Shown here: positions 44,321 through 55,600 of the stretch, one piece after another
How positions within the stretch are numbered: position 1 is the first letter of the stretch
How the letters are laid out: each line of letters opens with the position of its first letter
DNA from: Candidatus Uhrbacteria bacterium
Lineage (GTDB): Bacteria > Patescibacteriota > Patescibacteriia > UBA9934 > GWF2-40-263
DNA length: 64,000 nucleotides
Reading direction: 5' to 3'
NCBI GenBank assembly: GCA_016844925.1
Contig: JAERTI010000055.1
Span: 1,459 to 65,458 of the forward strand
Notes under the pieces: generated by a model
Databases searched by the model: none
Seen by the model: only the letters and a program-made list of their open reading frames with translations
What the model was told of the DNA's origin: nothing
Program-made: the position numbers and the translations under genes

Positions 44321-44860
44321 CTAGATAAATAGATGGTCAAATTTTGTAAGCGTTATCAATGAAAGTATCAGCGGAAACGCCGCTCCACCAACAAGGCCGA
44401 TGAGCATACCAACCAGAACATCGGATACATAATGTACACCAACAGCCACGCGCCCAAAAGCCACAATGACAGCACCTACCAAAAACCAGGCAAAAAACTC
44501 GCCCACCAGAACTTGCGACATCAGCGCCAGACAAAACACAAACGTTGCATGAGATGAAGGAAAGGACCTAGTCTCGATGAAAGGCTTAATCGTTGGCTGG
44601 TACCCCTGCTTGGCATACGGCCGCTCTCTTTGCACAAAACGAGAGATCAGAGCCGTTACAAGCCAAGGTAAAAACAAACCCATCCCGATAACTAACGCTA
44701 GAAGAATTGGACTCCGCTGGTTCAAAAGGGTCATGCCGTAAACAACACCAATCATGAGCCAAATCAAATCGTCAGCACAAAATACCGCCAGATGCCTGAG
44801 TACCCACGAGCGTTTCGTGAACTCATGAATAGATCGAGATAGTTTTTGATCAACACTCAT
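44321..44860 (-). CDS. PAP2-family phosphatase (undecaprenyl-diphosphatase-like)
   Basis: ..KQGYQPTIK.., ..FPSSHATFVF.. (PSGH motif) and ..GVHYVSDVLVGMLIG.. (SRxxxxxHxxxD motif). Multi-TM. Confidence 0.7.
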   Translation of the reverse strand: MSVDQKLSRSIHEFTKRSWVLRHLAVFCADDLIWLMIGVVYGMTLLNQRSPILLALVIGMGLFLPWLVTALISRFVQRERPYAKQGYQPTIKPFIETRSFPSSHATFVFCLALMSQVLVGEFFAWFLVGAVIVAFGRVAVGVHYVSDVLVGMLIGLVGGAAFPLILSLITLTKFDHLFI

Positions 44861-45564
44861 ACCGCTTGTTCTCTTAACGCTTCAAGAATAGTTTCGCGAC
44901 GTTCGATGTCTTCCAGAATCGCCTCTGCATTTTTTGGAGGCTCCAAGTTCTTCTCTTTAAATGCGCATTGGTCTGCCACCGGACATGCCCAGCAACGCGG
45001 CTTGCGAATACACAGATACCGCCCATGTTTCACGAAGACCTGATTCACTGTCTTCTTACTTTTGTCTGGAATGATTTTCAAAAGAGCCTCTTCTGTCTTC
45101 TCCGGTGTCTTGGCCTTCACCCAGCCAAGACGATTTGTGACGCGGTGCACGTGCGTATCAACCGCAATGGCTGGTGTGTTGAATGAGGCGACCAGCACGA
45201 CTGACGCCGTCTTGCGACCAACGCCCGCGAGCGACACGAGCTTTTCCATCGTCTGCGGAATTTCTCCACCGAACTTCTCAACCACGTCCGTCGCCATCGA
45301 CTTAAGGTTCTTCGCCTTCTGTCTGAACATCCCTATCGTGTTGATCTTGCTCTCAATCTTATCGACGGGCGCGGCTGCCAACTTCTCTGGAGTCGGGAAC
45401 GCTTTAAAAAACCCTGGCATCAACTTGAGCACCTGTTCATCCCGCGTCCTTGCAGACAACAATACCCCCACAAGATTCTGATACGGATTCCCAATCTCCA
45501 TCGCCCCAGGGTTGGGCCAACGTTTCTTGAGTGTCTTCAACATCGCAATAAGATCGTTTGTCAT
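44857..45564 (-). CDS. nth: endonuclease III
   Basis: HhH-GPD (..LVSLAGVGRKTASVVL..) and 4Fe-4S cluster CIRKPRCWACPVADQC. Confidence 0.9.
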   Translation of the reverse strand: MTNDLIAMLKTLKKRWPNPGAMEIGNPYQNLVGVLLSARTRDEQVLKLMPGFFKAFPTPEKLAAAPVDKIESKINTIGMFRQKAKNLKSMATDVVEKFGGEIPQTMEKLVSLAGVGRKTASVVLVASFNTPAIAVDTHVHRVTNRLGWVKAKTPEKTEEALLKIIPDKSKKTVNQVFVKHGRYLCIRKPRCWACPVADQCAFKEKNLEPPKNAEAILEDIERRETILEALREQAV

Positions 45565-45565
45565 G

Positions 45566-47143
45566 CTACATGAGGGGCTGCCCTGTCATCTCTGGGGGCT
45601 GCGGGATTCCCATCTGAGAGAGAATCGTTGGTGCCACATCAGCCAACATTCCTACCGCCGGCATAAGCGACGGATCCCCCTCAGGTACCTCTCCTGCAAT
45701 GGACGGCTGCCCCTGTAGACGATTAGAAATAATCAAAAATGGAACAGGATTCGTGGCGTGCTCCTTGTTAATGTCTCCCGTTCGCAGGTTCATGAGCTCC
45801 TCCGCGTTTCCATGATCGGCCGTGATAAATACCTGACCGTCGCGAGCAAGGGTCTCTTCGACAATTTTTCCAAGCGCACTATCAACAGCCTCCACCCCCT
45901 TCTTTGCCGCCTCAAGATCCCCCGTATGCCCCACCATGTCGGGATTCGCAAAGTTCATGACAATAAAGTCATACTTATTCTCACGCATCTCTTGGACAAC
46001 ACGATCGGCGATCGCTTTCGCACTCATCTCCGGCGCCTCGTTATACGAAGCCACTTTCGGCGACGGGATGATCACACGATCCTCACCTGGGAACGGCTTC
46101 TCTTTTGTTCCATTCAAAAAGAATGTTACGTGCGCATACTTCTCGGTCTCAGCGATGTGCAACTGTGTCAGCCCAGCATCAGAAATCACTTCACCTAGGC
46201 ACTTCTCGATTGTTTCTGGAGGAAATGCTATCTCAACTGGAAGCCCTTTCTCGTACTCAGCCATTGTGATTGGAAAAATGTTCTCAAGTTTGCGACGCTC
46301 AAACCCATCGAAGTCAGACATCACAAATGCTTTTGCCAGCTGTCGCATGCGATCCGGACGGAAGTTGAAAAAGACAACCGCATCATTATCCTGAATCGTT
46401 CCCACTGGTTCACCTCCTTTGGCAACCACCATTGGCGGGAACTCTTCGTCATAAACCTCTTTCTGGTAGGACGCCTTAATCGCCTCTAGTGGACTCTCCG
46501 TCTGCTCACCCTGCCCGAGCACCATCGCGTTGTAGGCCTTGCCTGTACGATCCCAACGATTATCTCGATCCATGGCGTAGTAACGTCCACTGAGTGATGC
46601 CACCTTTCCGATTCCCAACTCTTTCATCTTGGCGTCGAGCGTGGTGAAGAAATCAATTCCAACGTTATAAACCGTATCGCGACCATCTAAAATACCGTGC
46701 ACGAACACCTCCGTGACCCCCTGATCTTTTGCAAGCTTCAAAAGGGCGTGACAGTGCGCATCCATCGAGTGCACTCCCCCCTCGGAAATCATCCCAATGA
46801 GATGCAGGCGGCTCTTGTAATATTGCGCATGCTGAATGGCATGTAAGAATGCCTCATTTGAAAAAAACTCGCCCGAGTCGATCGCCCGGTTAATGCGAGG
46901 AAACATTTGGTAGTACACGCGCCCAGCACCAATCGCCAAGTGCCCCACCTCTGAGTTCCCCATCTCCCCCCATGAAAGCCCCACCTCTTCACCAGAGGCG
47001 CGCAGGGTCATGGTTGGGTAGGTGCGAACAAAACGATCGTAATTTGGTGTATTGGCGCGAGAAATCGCATTTCCATCTGAATCAGGAGCCACACCAAAGC
47101 CATCGATCACAATAAGAACCGTTGGTTTTTTGATATCAGCCAT
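45566..47143 (-). CDS. gpmI: 2,3-bisphosphoglycerate-independent phosphoglycerate mutase
   Basis: ..PTVLIVIDGFGVAPDSDGNAISRANTPNYD.. and full-length iPGM. Confidence 0.9.
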   Translation of the reverse strand: MADIKKPTVLIVIDGFGVAPDSDGNAISRANTPNYDRFVRTYPTMTLRASGEEVGLSWGEMGNSEVGHLAIGAGRVYYQMFPRINRAIDSGEFFSNEAFLHAIQHAQYYKSRLHLIGMISEGGVHSMDAHCHALLKLAKDQGVTEVFVHGILDGRDTVYNVGIDFFTTLDAKMKELGIGKVASLSGRYYAMDRDNRWDRTGKAYNAMVLGQGEQTESPLEAIKASYQKEVYDEEFPPMVVAKGGEPVGTIQDNDAVVFFNFRPDRMRQLAKAFVMSDFDGFERRKLENIFPITMAEYEKGLPVEIAFPPETIEKCLGEVISDAGLTQLHIAETEKYAHVTFFLNGTKEKPFPGEDRVIIPSPKVASYNEAPEMSAKAIADRVVQEMRENKYDFIVMNFANPDMVGHTGDLEAAKKGVEAVDSALGKIVEETLARDGQVFITADHGNAEELMNLRTGDINKEHATNPVPFLIISNRLQGQPSIAGEVPEGDPSLMPAVGMLADVAPTILSQMGIPQPPEMTGQPLM

Positions 47144-47146
47144 AGC

Positions 47147-48400
47147 TTATCCAAGCTCCTCCTCAATCTCCATTAATCGATTATATTTTGCCAGCCGCTC
47201 TGATCGAGAAAGCGACCCCGTCTTGATGTAATCCGCATTCACAGCCACAGCCAAATCCGCAATCGTGGTGTCTGCTGTCTCACCCGATCGATGCGAGACA
47301 CTCACTTTATACTTGTACTGCTTGGCGAGCATGATCGCATCGACGGCCTCTGAGAGGCTACCGATCTGGTTCACCTTAATCAAGATCGCATTGGCCGCCT
47401 TGAGCTCGATGGCTTTGCGCAAGCGCTCAACATTCGTCACAAGGAAGTCGTCACCCACAAGAGCCACCTTCTTACCAAGACGCCTATTCATCTCTACCCA
47501 ACCATCCCAGTCATCCTGATCGAGTCCATCTTCCAGCGAAATGATTGGATACTTCTTGAGCCATCGCTCCCACATCGCAATCATCTGCGTACTTGTCAGA
47601 CTCTTACCATCTACGTTCAATTTATAACGCTTCGTTTTCTTGTCGTACACCTCGCTCACCGCAGGGTCCATAGCGAGCTGCACATCCTTCCCTGGCGTAT
47701 ACCCAGCCTTCTTAATCGCCTGCATGATCAACTTAAACGCATCTTCATTCTTCTTGAGCGGCGCCGCATAGCCACCCTCATCTCCCTTCAACGTTGAGTG
47801 ACCTTTTTTCTTCAGCAGATCTCCGAGCGCGTGAAAGACCTCCGATCCACAACGCACCTTCTCCTTAAACTTGCGCTGACGTGGAACAATCATGAACTCC
47901 TGAAAATCCAGAATCCATCCAGCATGAGCCCCACCGTTAAGCACGTTCATTGTTGGAATGGGCATGCGAAAACGATCGAACGGAAGATCGAACGTTTGCC
48001 GGAGATACACGTACAGCGGCATTTTCTTTGCACGAGCAGCTGCGTGTGCACACGCAAGACTCACACCCAAAATGGCATTAGCCCCCAGCTTCGATTTGTT
48101 TGGCGTGCCGTCCAGCTGAATCATGGCTGCATCAATATCTCGCTGCCGGGTAACGCGCATCCCATAAAGAGCCGGTGCAATCTTTTTGTGAACATTCGCT
48201 GCCGCCTTAAGCACTCCCTTGCCCCGATAGCGTTTTTTATCACCATCACGCAATTCCAAAGCTTCATGTACACCTGTTGATGCTCCGCTTGGCACGCTCG
48301 ACGAGCCTGTCACACCATTTTTTAAAAGAACCGTAACATTCAATGTTGGATTCCCTCGGGAATCAAGAATCTCGTGCGCGTGAATGGATTCAATCTTCAT
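47147..48400 (-). CDS. eno: enolase
   Basis: MKIESIHAHEILDSRGNPT..V.V.L.NG..G...VPSGASTG..EALELRDGD.. Confidence 0.95.
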   Translation of the reverse strand: MKIESIHAHEILDSRGNPTLNVTVLLKNGVTGSSSVPSGASTGVHEALELRDGDKKRYRGKGVLKAAANVHKKIAPALYGMRVTRQRDIDAAMIQLDGTPNKSKLGANAILGVSLACAHAAARAKKMPLYVYLRQTFDLPFDRFRMPIPTMNVLNGGAHAGWILDFQEFMIVPRQRKFKEKVRCGSEVFHALGDLLKKKGHSTLKGDEGGYAAPLKKNEDAFKLIMQAIKKAGYTPGKDVQLAMDPAVSEVYDKKTKRYKLNVDGKSLTSTQMIAMWERWLKKYPIISLEDGLDQDDWDGWVEMNRRLGKKVALVGDDFLVTNVERLRKAIELKAANAILIKVNQIGSLSEAVDAIMLAKQYKYKVSVSHRSGETADTTIADLAVAVNADYIKTGSLSRSERLAKYNRLMEIEEELG

Positions 48401-49581
48401 AGTTTTAAAGCTTCAATGCCAGGAAGTTTCTCCCCAGCTAAAAATTGTAAAAGAGCACCTCCGCCTGTAGAGAGCAACGTATACTGATCAGCTAAACCTA
48501 ATTTTTCGATGACTGGCATCGTGTCTCCCCCACCGACAATCGTCGTAGCCTTTCCCGTCCGATCGGCAATCGCCCCGGCAATAGATCGCGTTGCTCCACA
48601 GAATTCAGAAATCTCGCAATAGCCCAACGGTCCATTCCACACGATGGTCTTTGCCTCACCAATGAGTTCTTTGTAACGAGCAATCGTATTTGGACCCAAG
48701 TCCACAATCCTCTGTGTTGGCTTCACGGCATCGATAGGCACCACCTCTTGCCTCGCATCTTTTCGTAACGCTTTTACAACTACAACGTCTGTGGGAAGCA
48801 GAAGCTTGCTCTCATATCTAGCAAGAACCTTCTTAGCCTCACTAACCGCCTCATGTTCATAAGCAGACCTGCCAACCTCAAGCCCCTTAGCCACCAAAAA
48901 CGCTGTAGCAATAGCTCCGCCAACCAACACCTTGTCTACACGAGAAGCAAAGTGCTTCATGATAGGAATCTTCGTACTCATCTTAAGCCCACCAATGGTG
49001 AGCACAAAAGGATTACGCGCCTTGGCTTCGAGTTTAGAAAGGACAGAAATCTCATTAGCCAAAAGCGGACCTGCATACGACGGAAGCTCTGAGGTGATGG
49101 CATCGAGACTTGTGTGTGCACGGTGCGAGACAGCAAACGCATCATTTACGTACAAGTCCGCAAGTTTCGCCAGAGCAGAAGCGTACGACGGTGCATTCTC
49201 TTTTTCTCGAGAATCAAAACGGACATTCTCCAACATCAACACGTCTCCATCCTTAAGCTGCTCAACGAGTTTGTGTACATCTGGTCCCACAACTGATCGT
49301 GCGACCTTTACTTTTCCTCCCAGCAAACCTGAAAGGCGCTTGGCGACCGGCTTAACGGTGTAGGCGCTCACACGTCGACCATTCGGTCGACCCAAGTGCG
49401 TCATCACAATCACCCTGGCCCCACGTTGAAGGAGCCAGTTAATCCCTACGGCACTTCGAGCAATCCTTCCGTGAGGACCATCGATGGCCTTTCCTTTTTT
49501 AATTGGAACATTTGCGTCAATCCGAACAAGCACCCGCTTACCCTTGAGCTTCATGTCGGAACGCAATTTTCGCAGTCGCAT
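48397..49581 (-). CDS. pgk: phosphoglycerate kinase
   Basis: ..GKRVLVRIDANVPI..GK.ID....RI.......I..LL..GARVI.M.HLGRP.G.. Confidence 0.95.
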   Translation of the reverse strand: MRLRKLRSDMKLKGKRVLVRIDANVPIKKGKAIDGPHGRIARSAVGINWLLQRGARVIVMTHLGRPNGRRVSAYTVKPVAKRLSGLLGGKVKVARSVVGPDVHKLVEQLKDGDVLMLENVRFDSREKENAPSYASALAKLADLYVNDAFAVSHRAHTSLDAITSELPSYAGPLLANEISVLSKLEAKARNPFVLTIGGLKMSTKIPIMKHFASRVDKVLVGGAIATAFLVAKGLEVGRSAYEHEAVSEAKKVLARYESKLLLPTDVVVVKALRKDARQEVVPIDAVKPTQRIVDLGPNTIARYKELIGEAKTIVWNGPLGYCEISEFCGATRSIAGAIADRTGKATTIVGGGDTMPVIEKLGLADQYTLLSTGGGALLQFLAGEKLPGIEALKL

Positions 49582-49609
49582 AACGAACCCATCCTATCAC
49601 GGACAAGCC

Positions 49610-50113
49610 CTAGCCAAACAGCCAACTTGTCCACCCACCAGACTTTCTGAACTGCCTCTTCAAAAAGGCGTCCACTCCCCAAATATGACCGAAGCCACCT
49701 GTCATAAACAGCAAGAACACCATTGAATACATGATGTGCTCATTGAGAAGTCCATGCATCGTATTCATCTCGAAACCAGAGAAGTAATAAAGCAACATCA
49801 AAATAATAGCCAGCAACGATGCGAGTCTCATAAAAGCACCTAGAAGAAATGCTAGCCCAATCAACAAGAGTCCCCAGATGTTTAGTTGATCCACCAACAC
49901 GCTTCCGGCCATAGACTGGAACCATTCAGCAAATGGTCCCGTAGATGCAGAGAGATAACCAGCCGCACTCCACCCTCCTTCAGCCGTGAGCTTTGACCAA
50001 CCCGCCATAAAGAAAAGAAGGCCGAATCCTAGGCGTAAAAGAAGCGCTGCCCAAGAAAATGCGTCTGTAAATGCCGCTTTTGAAAAAAGAGAAAATGATG
50101 TTGATTTACGCAT
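49610..50113 (-). CDS. DoxX-family membrane protein
   Basis: ..LLLRLGFGLLFFMAGWSKL.. four-helix DoxX pattern. Confidence 0.5.
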   Translation of the reverse strand: MRKSTSFSLFSKAAFTDAFSWAALLLRLGFGLLFFMAGWSKLTAEGGWSAAGYLSASTGPFAEWFQSMAGSVLVDQLNIWGLLLIGLAFLLGAFMRLASLLAIILMLLYYFSGFEMNTMHGLLNEHIMYSMVFLLFMTGGFGHIWGVDAFLKRQFRKSGGWTSWLFG

Positions 50114-50114
50114 A

Positions 50115-51020
50115 CTAGTATCGAACAGTTAAGAGATTGATTTCTGGAGGATTAAACAATCTGGCACGTGGCCCTGTCTCTCCCAAACCTGCTGTTATAA
50201 ACAATTGCTGACGACCGTAAGTGAATAGACCCTTATCGTAATCATTTCCAAGCTTCGTCGGCACCTGTGCCAGTGAGCCTATCCATGGAAGACGAATTTG
50301 GCCTCCATGCGTATGACCAGCAATAACCAAGTCCGCAACTTCGACACTTGAATACAATATAGCGTCAGGATTATGAGACAATAGGATCACCGTCTGCTCT
50401 TCCGTAAGTCCCTCCATAGTCTCCTGAGGCTGCCCCGCAAACCAGATATCTGAGACACCTGCAAGCGTTATGAATCTTCCTTGAATATCCAGCTGGACAG
50501 ATTCGTTCTCTAGCACCGTAATCCCCAACCGAGTGAGTGTCTCGATTACCTCCTGCTGAGCATCATCGAGGTAATCATGATTTCCCGTGACGGCATACAC
50601 ACCGAGCGGGGCCTCAAGGCCCTCCAGTGGCTCAAGAAACCTTACCTGATTTACCTTTGAAAAAATGAAATCGCCTGGAAGAACAATCACCTCTGCCTGA
50701 AGCTGCATGGTTTGATCAACTACCTTCTGTGTCCAGGCCTCATCTTTGTATGGACCCAAGTGCAGATCTGCCACAACAGCCACACGCACGCTCGCTTCAG
50801 GTGTTTCATCTAGAACGATCTCCTGAGTTCGAACAACCAATGTTCTCGGCTCGATGAAACTTCCATAAAAAATCGTCACCCACCCGACCAGGAGCACCAA
50901 TCCAATCGACATCACCACAGGTTTTCGGCAAAAACGTTTCCACGAGGTAAGCATGTCGATCAAAAGCGCGCCGGCAAAGATCAAGTAACCAAAGATGGTG
51001 ATTTCAAACAGCCAGGCCAT
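50115..51020 (-). CDS. membrane-anchored calcineurin-like metallophosphoesterase (YkuE-like)
   Basis: ..VADLHLG.., ..LPGDFIF.., ..GNHDY.., ..GHTHGGQ.. Confidence 0.75.
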   Translation of the reverse strand: MAWLFEITIFGYLIFAGALLIDMLTSWKRFCRKPVVMSIGLVLLVGWVTIFYGSFIEPRTLVVRTQEIVLDETPEASVRVAVVADLHLGPYKDEAWTQKVVDQTMQLQAEVIVLPGDFIFSKVNQVRFLEPLEGLEAPLGVYAVTGNHDYLDDAQQEVIETLTRLGITVLENESVQLDIQGRFITLAGVSDIWFAGQPQETMEGLTEEQTVILLSHNPDAILYSSVEVADLVIAGHTHGGQIRLPWIGSLAQVPTKLGNDYDKGLFTYGRQQLFITAGLGETGPRARLFNPPEINLLTVRY

Positions 51021-51023
51021 AAC

Positions 51024-52061
51024 TTAGAGATTCCCTACGTGCTCAGCCATGTCGAGCAAGCGCTGGGTATATCCCCATTCATTATCATACCAAGCAAGTA
51101 CTTTCACCAGGTCACCGTCTACCACACGTGTCATACCCAGGTCGACGACAGACCCGTAAGGCGTCTGGATAAAGTCCGTGGAAACCAACGGCTCTTCCGT
51201 TACACCCAGAATCCCCTTCCATCGAGCGCTACGAGCGGCTTTTTTGAACAAGCTATTGATCTCCTTAGCGGTCGTTTTCTTTTTAAGGACAAACGTAAAA
51301 TCGGTAAGTGATACATCCAACGAAGGTACACGCACAGAGATTCCATCAAACTTCCCTGTAAGCTCTGGCATCACCTGCGTGGTTGCTTTCGCTGCTCCAG
51401 TCGTCGTCGGGATGATGTTGGTCAGAGCAGAGCGCGCACGTCGAAGATCTCCTTTCCGCGCCAATCCATCCACAATGTTCTGCTGTGCGGTCACCGAGTG
51501 AATCGTCGTCAACATGGCCTTCTTAATCCCCATGGCATCTTGCAAAATCTGAGCCACAGGAGCCACAGAGTTCGTCGTGCACGAGGCATTGCTCACAATA
51601 TTCTGATTGCGTTTACAGGCACGATGATTCACTCCCATTAAAAACGAAGGCGCATCTCCAGACGGTGCAGAGATAACCACCTTACGAGCACCCGCTGTAA
51701 TATGACCACCAGCTCCCTCAAGTGTTCGGAAGAAACCCGTTGATTCAATGACTACGTCCACCTTGTGCTTTGCCCATGGAAGGTCTGCTGGATTGCGCTC
51801 GCTGTAGACGGGAATCTTTTTAGAGCCAATCTTAATGAAGTCCTTTCCTGCCGTGATCTCCTTATCCCATGTACGAAACACCGAATCGTACTTGAGCAAA
51901 TGCGCAAGTTCCTTTGGATCGGTTAAATCGTTGACCGCCACAAAGTTTAAATCTTTGCGCTTCCAACCCGCACGAAGGGTCGTGCGGCCGATGCGACCAA
52001 ACCCATTAATAGCAACTCGAATCATAAAAAATGTAAGTGATGAAAATAAGTTTATCTTCAT
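51024..52061 (-). CDS. gap: glyceraldehyde-3-phosphate dehydrogenase
   Basis: ..RVAINGFGRIGR.., ..ASCTTN.. catalytic Cys. Confidence 0.95.
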   Translation of the reverse strand: MKINLFSSLTFFMIRVAINGFGRIGRTTLRAGWKRKDLNFVAVNDLTDPKELAHLLKYDSVFRTWDKEITAGKDFIKIGSKKIPVYSERNPADLPWAKHKVDVVIESTGFFRTLEGAGGHITAGARKVVISAPSGDAPSFLMGVNHRACKRNQNIVSNASCTTNSVAPVAQILQDAMGIKKAMLTTIHSVTAQQNIVDGLARKGDLRRARSALTNIIPTTTGAAKATTQVMPELTGKFDGISVRVPSLDVSLTDFTFVLKKKTTAKEINSLFKKAARSARWKGILGVTEEPLVSTDFIQTPYGSVVDLGMTRVVDGDLVKVLAWYDNEWGYTQRLLDMAEHVGNL

Positions 52062-52163
52062 TCTACCACTTACCTCCGTTGACTTCGAGGTGTTTCTGAG
52101 CTATTTTATCGGCGTCACCAAAGTGAGAGTGGCACCAATACCCCACTGGGAGGATAGAAGGAC

Positions 52164-52538
52164 ATGGAGCAGATGACGCTGATCGAACGCCTCTGGAAGG
52201 AGTTCCGCGAGAACACCCTGGAGGAGCTGAAGTTGCTGCTGTTGAACAAGCTCTGTCCCGACGGCGCCACCAACGCTGCCGTCGGCAAGGTCTGGACGAT
52301 CCTGTCCAGCATGCGCGCCCGCATCAAGGGCAACGCCCTGATCGTCACCATCCTCGGCGTCGAACAGAGCGTCGTCCACGCCGCGCTCTGCGACGAGGAG
52401 TTCTGCTACTGCCACCCCGATGGCGAGATCAAGCTCCCCCCGGAGCCCGGCGCCGCGCGCCTGGCCATCCACTTCCCGCTCCCGAGCTCGGACACCCCCA
52501 TCTTCACGGACTTCCTCACCGGCGCCACGCCCGCCTGA
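52164..52538 (+). CDS. hypothetical 124-aa protein (small GC-rich insertion)
   Basis: GC-rich ORF between gap and the giant gene. Followed by hairpin GCCCCGCC..GGCGGG+TATTTCTTTT and by a bidirectional AACAACAGG-ttcaca-CCTGTTGTT terminator. Confidence 0.4.
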   Translation: MEQMTLIERLWKEFRENTLEELKLLLLNKLCPDGATNAAVGKVWTILSSMRARIKGNALIVTILGVEQSVVHAALCDEEFCYCHPDGEIKLPPEPGAARLAIHFPLPSSDTPIFTDFLTGATPA

Positions 52539-52625
52539 GGACCTCGCCCCGCCACCGACCAACGTCGGCCCGGCGGGTATTTCTTTTCCAAACAAAACAA
52601 CAGGTTCACACCTGTTGTTTTATTA

Positions 52626-55600
52626 TCACTCTGGCCAATTTATCTTCCCCTGCTCTTTCGTCCAAATGACCACACACCCAAACGGACCACTAGCGTTCCA
52701 ATTATCATAGCCATTGAACTGCATCTCAGGTGTTGCTCGCAATTCCTGTCGCTTATGTTTCCCAAAGAACTTTTGATACACGCTCGAGACCCCTTGCCTG
52801 TTAGATGACGACTGCGACGCGTCATCGATCGGCACAAGCACCTGTTCAATTCCTCGACGCTGAGCTGTTTCAATAGCTTTCTCAAGCGACTGAAGCACGA
52901 ACGATTCATTATCAACGGACTGGATCAAGTTCTCACGTGGATTATTTGCACGCACCAAGAGCGCAGACGTCTTTCCGTCTGCAAGCTGTCCCTCACAAAA
53001 CAACACAGAACCAGCAAACCGCTCCTGCGCTGTGTCTCGCCCCAGCACATACGTAAACGCGTGCAAATCTGGATACCCACCTTTGGCAAGCGTGTCTCGC
53101 TTGGATGTATAGCACGCATCCCCCGTGTCGCCACTCATGATCTTTGGTAGCCCTTCTCCTGGCACCATGGCAACAGACATAGTCTTTTTTGAAACTTCCC
53201 CAGGTCCATTAATCTCAGCGATCTTTTTCTTCGCGGCAACAAAAGGGTTCTTCTCAACACCTTTTTCCACGCGCCAAACTTTCTTGAGCACCCGTATAAG
53301 TTCATCAGAGAACGGTCTGTGGTTTGTATGCTTAGGATCTTGATCGGGATGAAGATAATGTTCTGTTAAAACCTGCTCAATAAACTCAGCCGCCAATCCC
53401 ACCTGCTCGAGGGCACCCAATTCTTCTCCATCCTTCTTTCCATCGTGGAACCATTCTTCATATTCAGGCCCACCCGGAGGTTGAAGAATGGTGTTATGAA
53501 CGGCAGAGAGTCGTTGTATAACACGTTCATACAATGGCCCCTTGCCTCCAAGCTGAACCCACTGCTCCATCAGAGCAGCATGATTCGTTTTCACGACACT
53601 TTTCTGAGATGATACACGATCAAACTCCTCATACCCCATCACCTGCTCACGCATCTGCGCCACACGTTTTTTCAACCCTTCCTGAGCCTTTCCATGCAAA
53701 CTACCAACCCGCTCTTCAAGTTCTCTTAATCGTTCTTTTGTTGTTGCCACCAGCTCACCAATAAACGCAGAGAGGGTCTTATCTGGTTGGTACGGTGGAT
53801 ATGGATCAAATACCTCAAAGTACGCTTGCCGCTCCACCTCCAGAGGCTTACCGGCCAGCACACGTCGAACCTGCTCTTTCTGTTTCTCCTGCTTCCCTTT
53901 GGTGGAGCGCTCGCGTACCCCAACAACGATTTCTTCTTCTTGATACCCCTCAGGAAGCTTTGCGAGCTCTGGAGTTTCGGTCACCACCTGCTCCCAAGTA
54001 TCGATCACTTCTCTCACTTCGCCAGGACGAGCCCACTGACCAGACCCAACGGCAGCCGCAAAAATTTCGGAACCTAGTTTCGTCTTCAGTACGGACGGAA
54101 CCTCATCGCGAAGAAAATCCGAAACAGCTGCCGACCTCACTTCTCTAAGTTCACTTAACAGCAGTGGAGCTGTGAGTCTGTCTATGCGACCCTCTTGGTA
54201 AAGCTGCCTTATAAATCGTTGCTCACCTTGCTTGTATACATATACCTGAAGCGTTCGCTTACCTGTTTCTGGATCAATAGGTGCAACCTTCTCAAGAATC
54301 TCCTTAGCCCAAGACCAAGAAAGATCCCGCTCAGGGACACTTTCCAAAGCTTTTATGGCCCTCTTTTGCGTAATCTGTGGCGTAATTTCCATAAGCGCCT
54401 CAACAACAGAATCCCTCTGAACCCCACGAAGCTCCGATGCTCCCCCATGACGCTCAATACGAATAACAATATCTGCAAGCCTTGGCGCATTGATCATCCC
54501 GTACTCTTCAACAAACTTTAACAGAAGCTCTCCATCTTCTGGAGCGTCATAAGAAAGCAAGCCACCTTCTACAAGACCATGAACAAGCGGACCCAAATCC
54601 GTCTTCCAAGGATCGTGTGCGGCATTGGCCGTGTGCGCCTGAAGCTTCTCAAGTTTTTTCAACGTCGGTGCCCAGGGGATATGTTCAGCAAGTTCAGGGT
54701 AATCTCGAATCAATTGCTCAACAACAAGCAAATGTATTCCCTGCTCTTGCATGATCCCTGCAATAACCTTCCAATCAGGCTTCACTTCAGTGTAGTTCTC
54801 AATATCGGAGAGAAATTCCGGATGATCCTGCTCTGGATCCAGGAGCCAAAAATAGGCTCGTTGTACAGCCACATGATCAAACACATGCCCTTCCTTTGGA
54901 TACGCCTCAATATTGGCCAACATACGAACAGGATTCATGGCCACCATGGCATCCATTAAATCTCCCCGTAGTCCACCTGGAAGCTCAAAATCCTTATCCT
55001 CTTCTTTTTTATTGAGACACACTTCATGAACCTTAAAGGGCTTCTTTTGAATCAATTGCCTCAGGACCTCCTCCTGCGACATCTCCACCACATCATAAAA
55101 ACCCCGATGCTTGTCACCTAGAAATTCTCGAATCCTTGATCCATTGTTCGCCATCTGAGCGAGCAACTTCTCTAAGTCTCCAGATGTTAAACGCAAACCG
55201 CCCTCGACCGCTCCCACCATTTTTTCTGGAACCTTACTTATCCCACGTGTGATAGCTTGCTCCTTTCTCTTAGGGTCCAGGCCCTCAACCAGATCACCAA
55301 ACGCATCAATGTTTTTCAAAAACACGTTATTCATATTCAAGGCCCCACCAGAAATTTCTGTCTCGAGTAATATGGATTGAGCATCAAAAAGTACCTTCCT
55401 CAACTCATGATATTCCTCCGAAGTACGAAACTCAGCATCACCTGGAAGCGCATCAAGCTCAACGAGCTGCAACGTTTGTTGACGACGATCACGATTCGCC
55501 AGAAGTCCCCTCGTCATGTTTAACATCACCTCAGGATTGGTTGGAATCTTTTTTGAAGGAGCAATGATAATCAACTCCTCTGCGCCGGCAAACACCTCAC

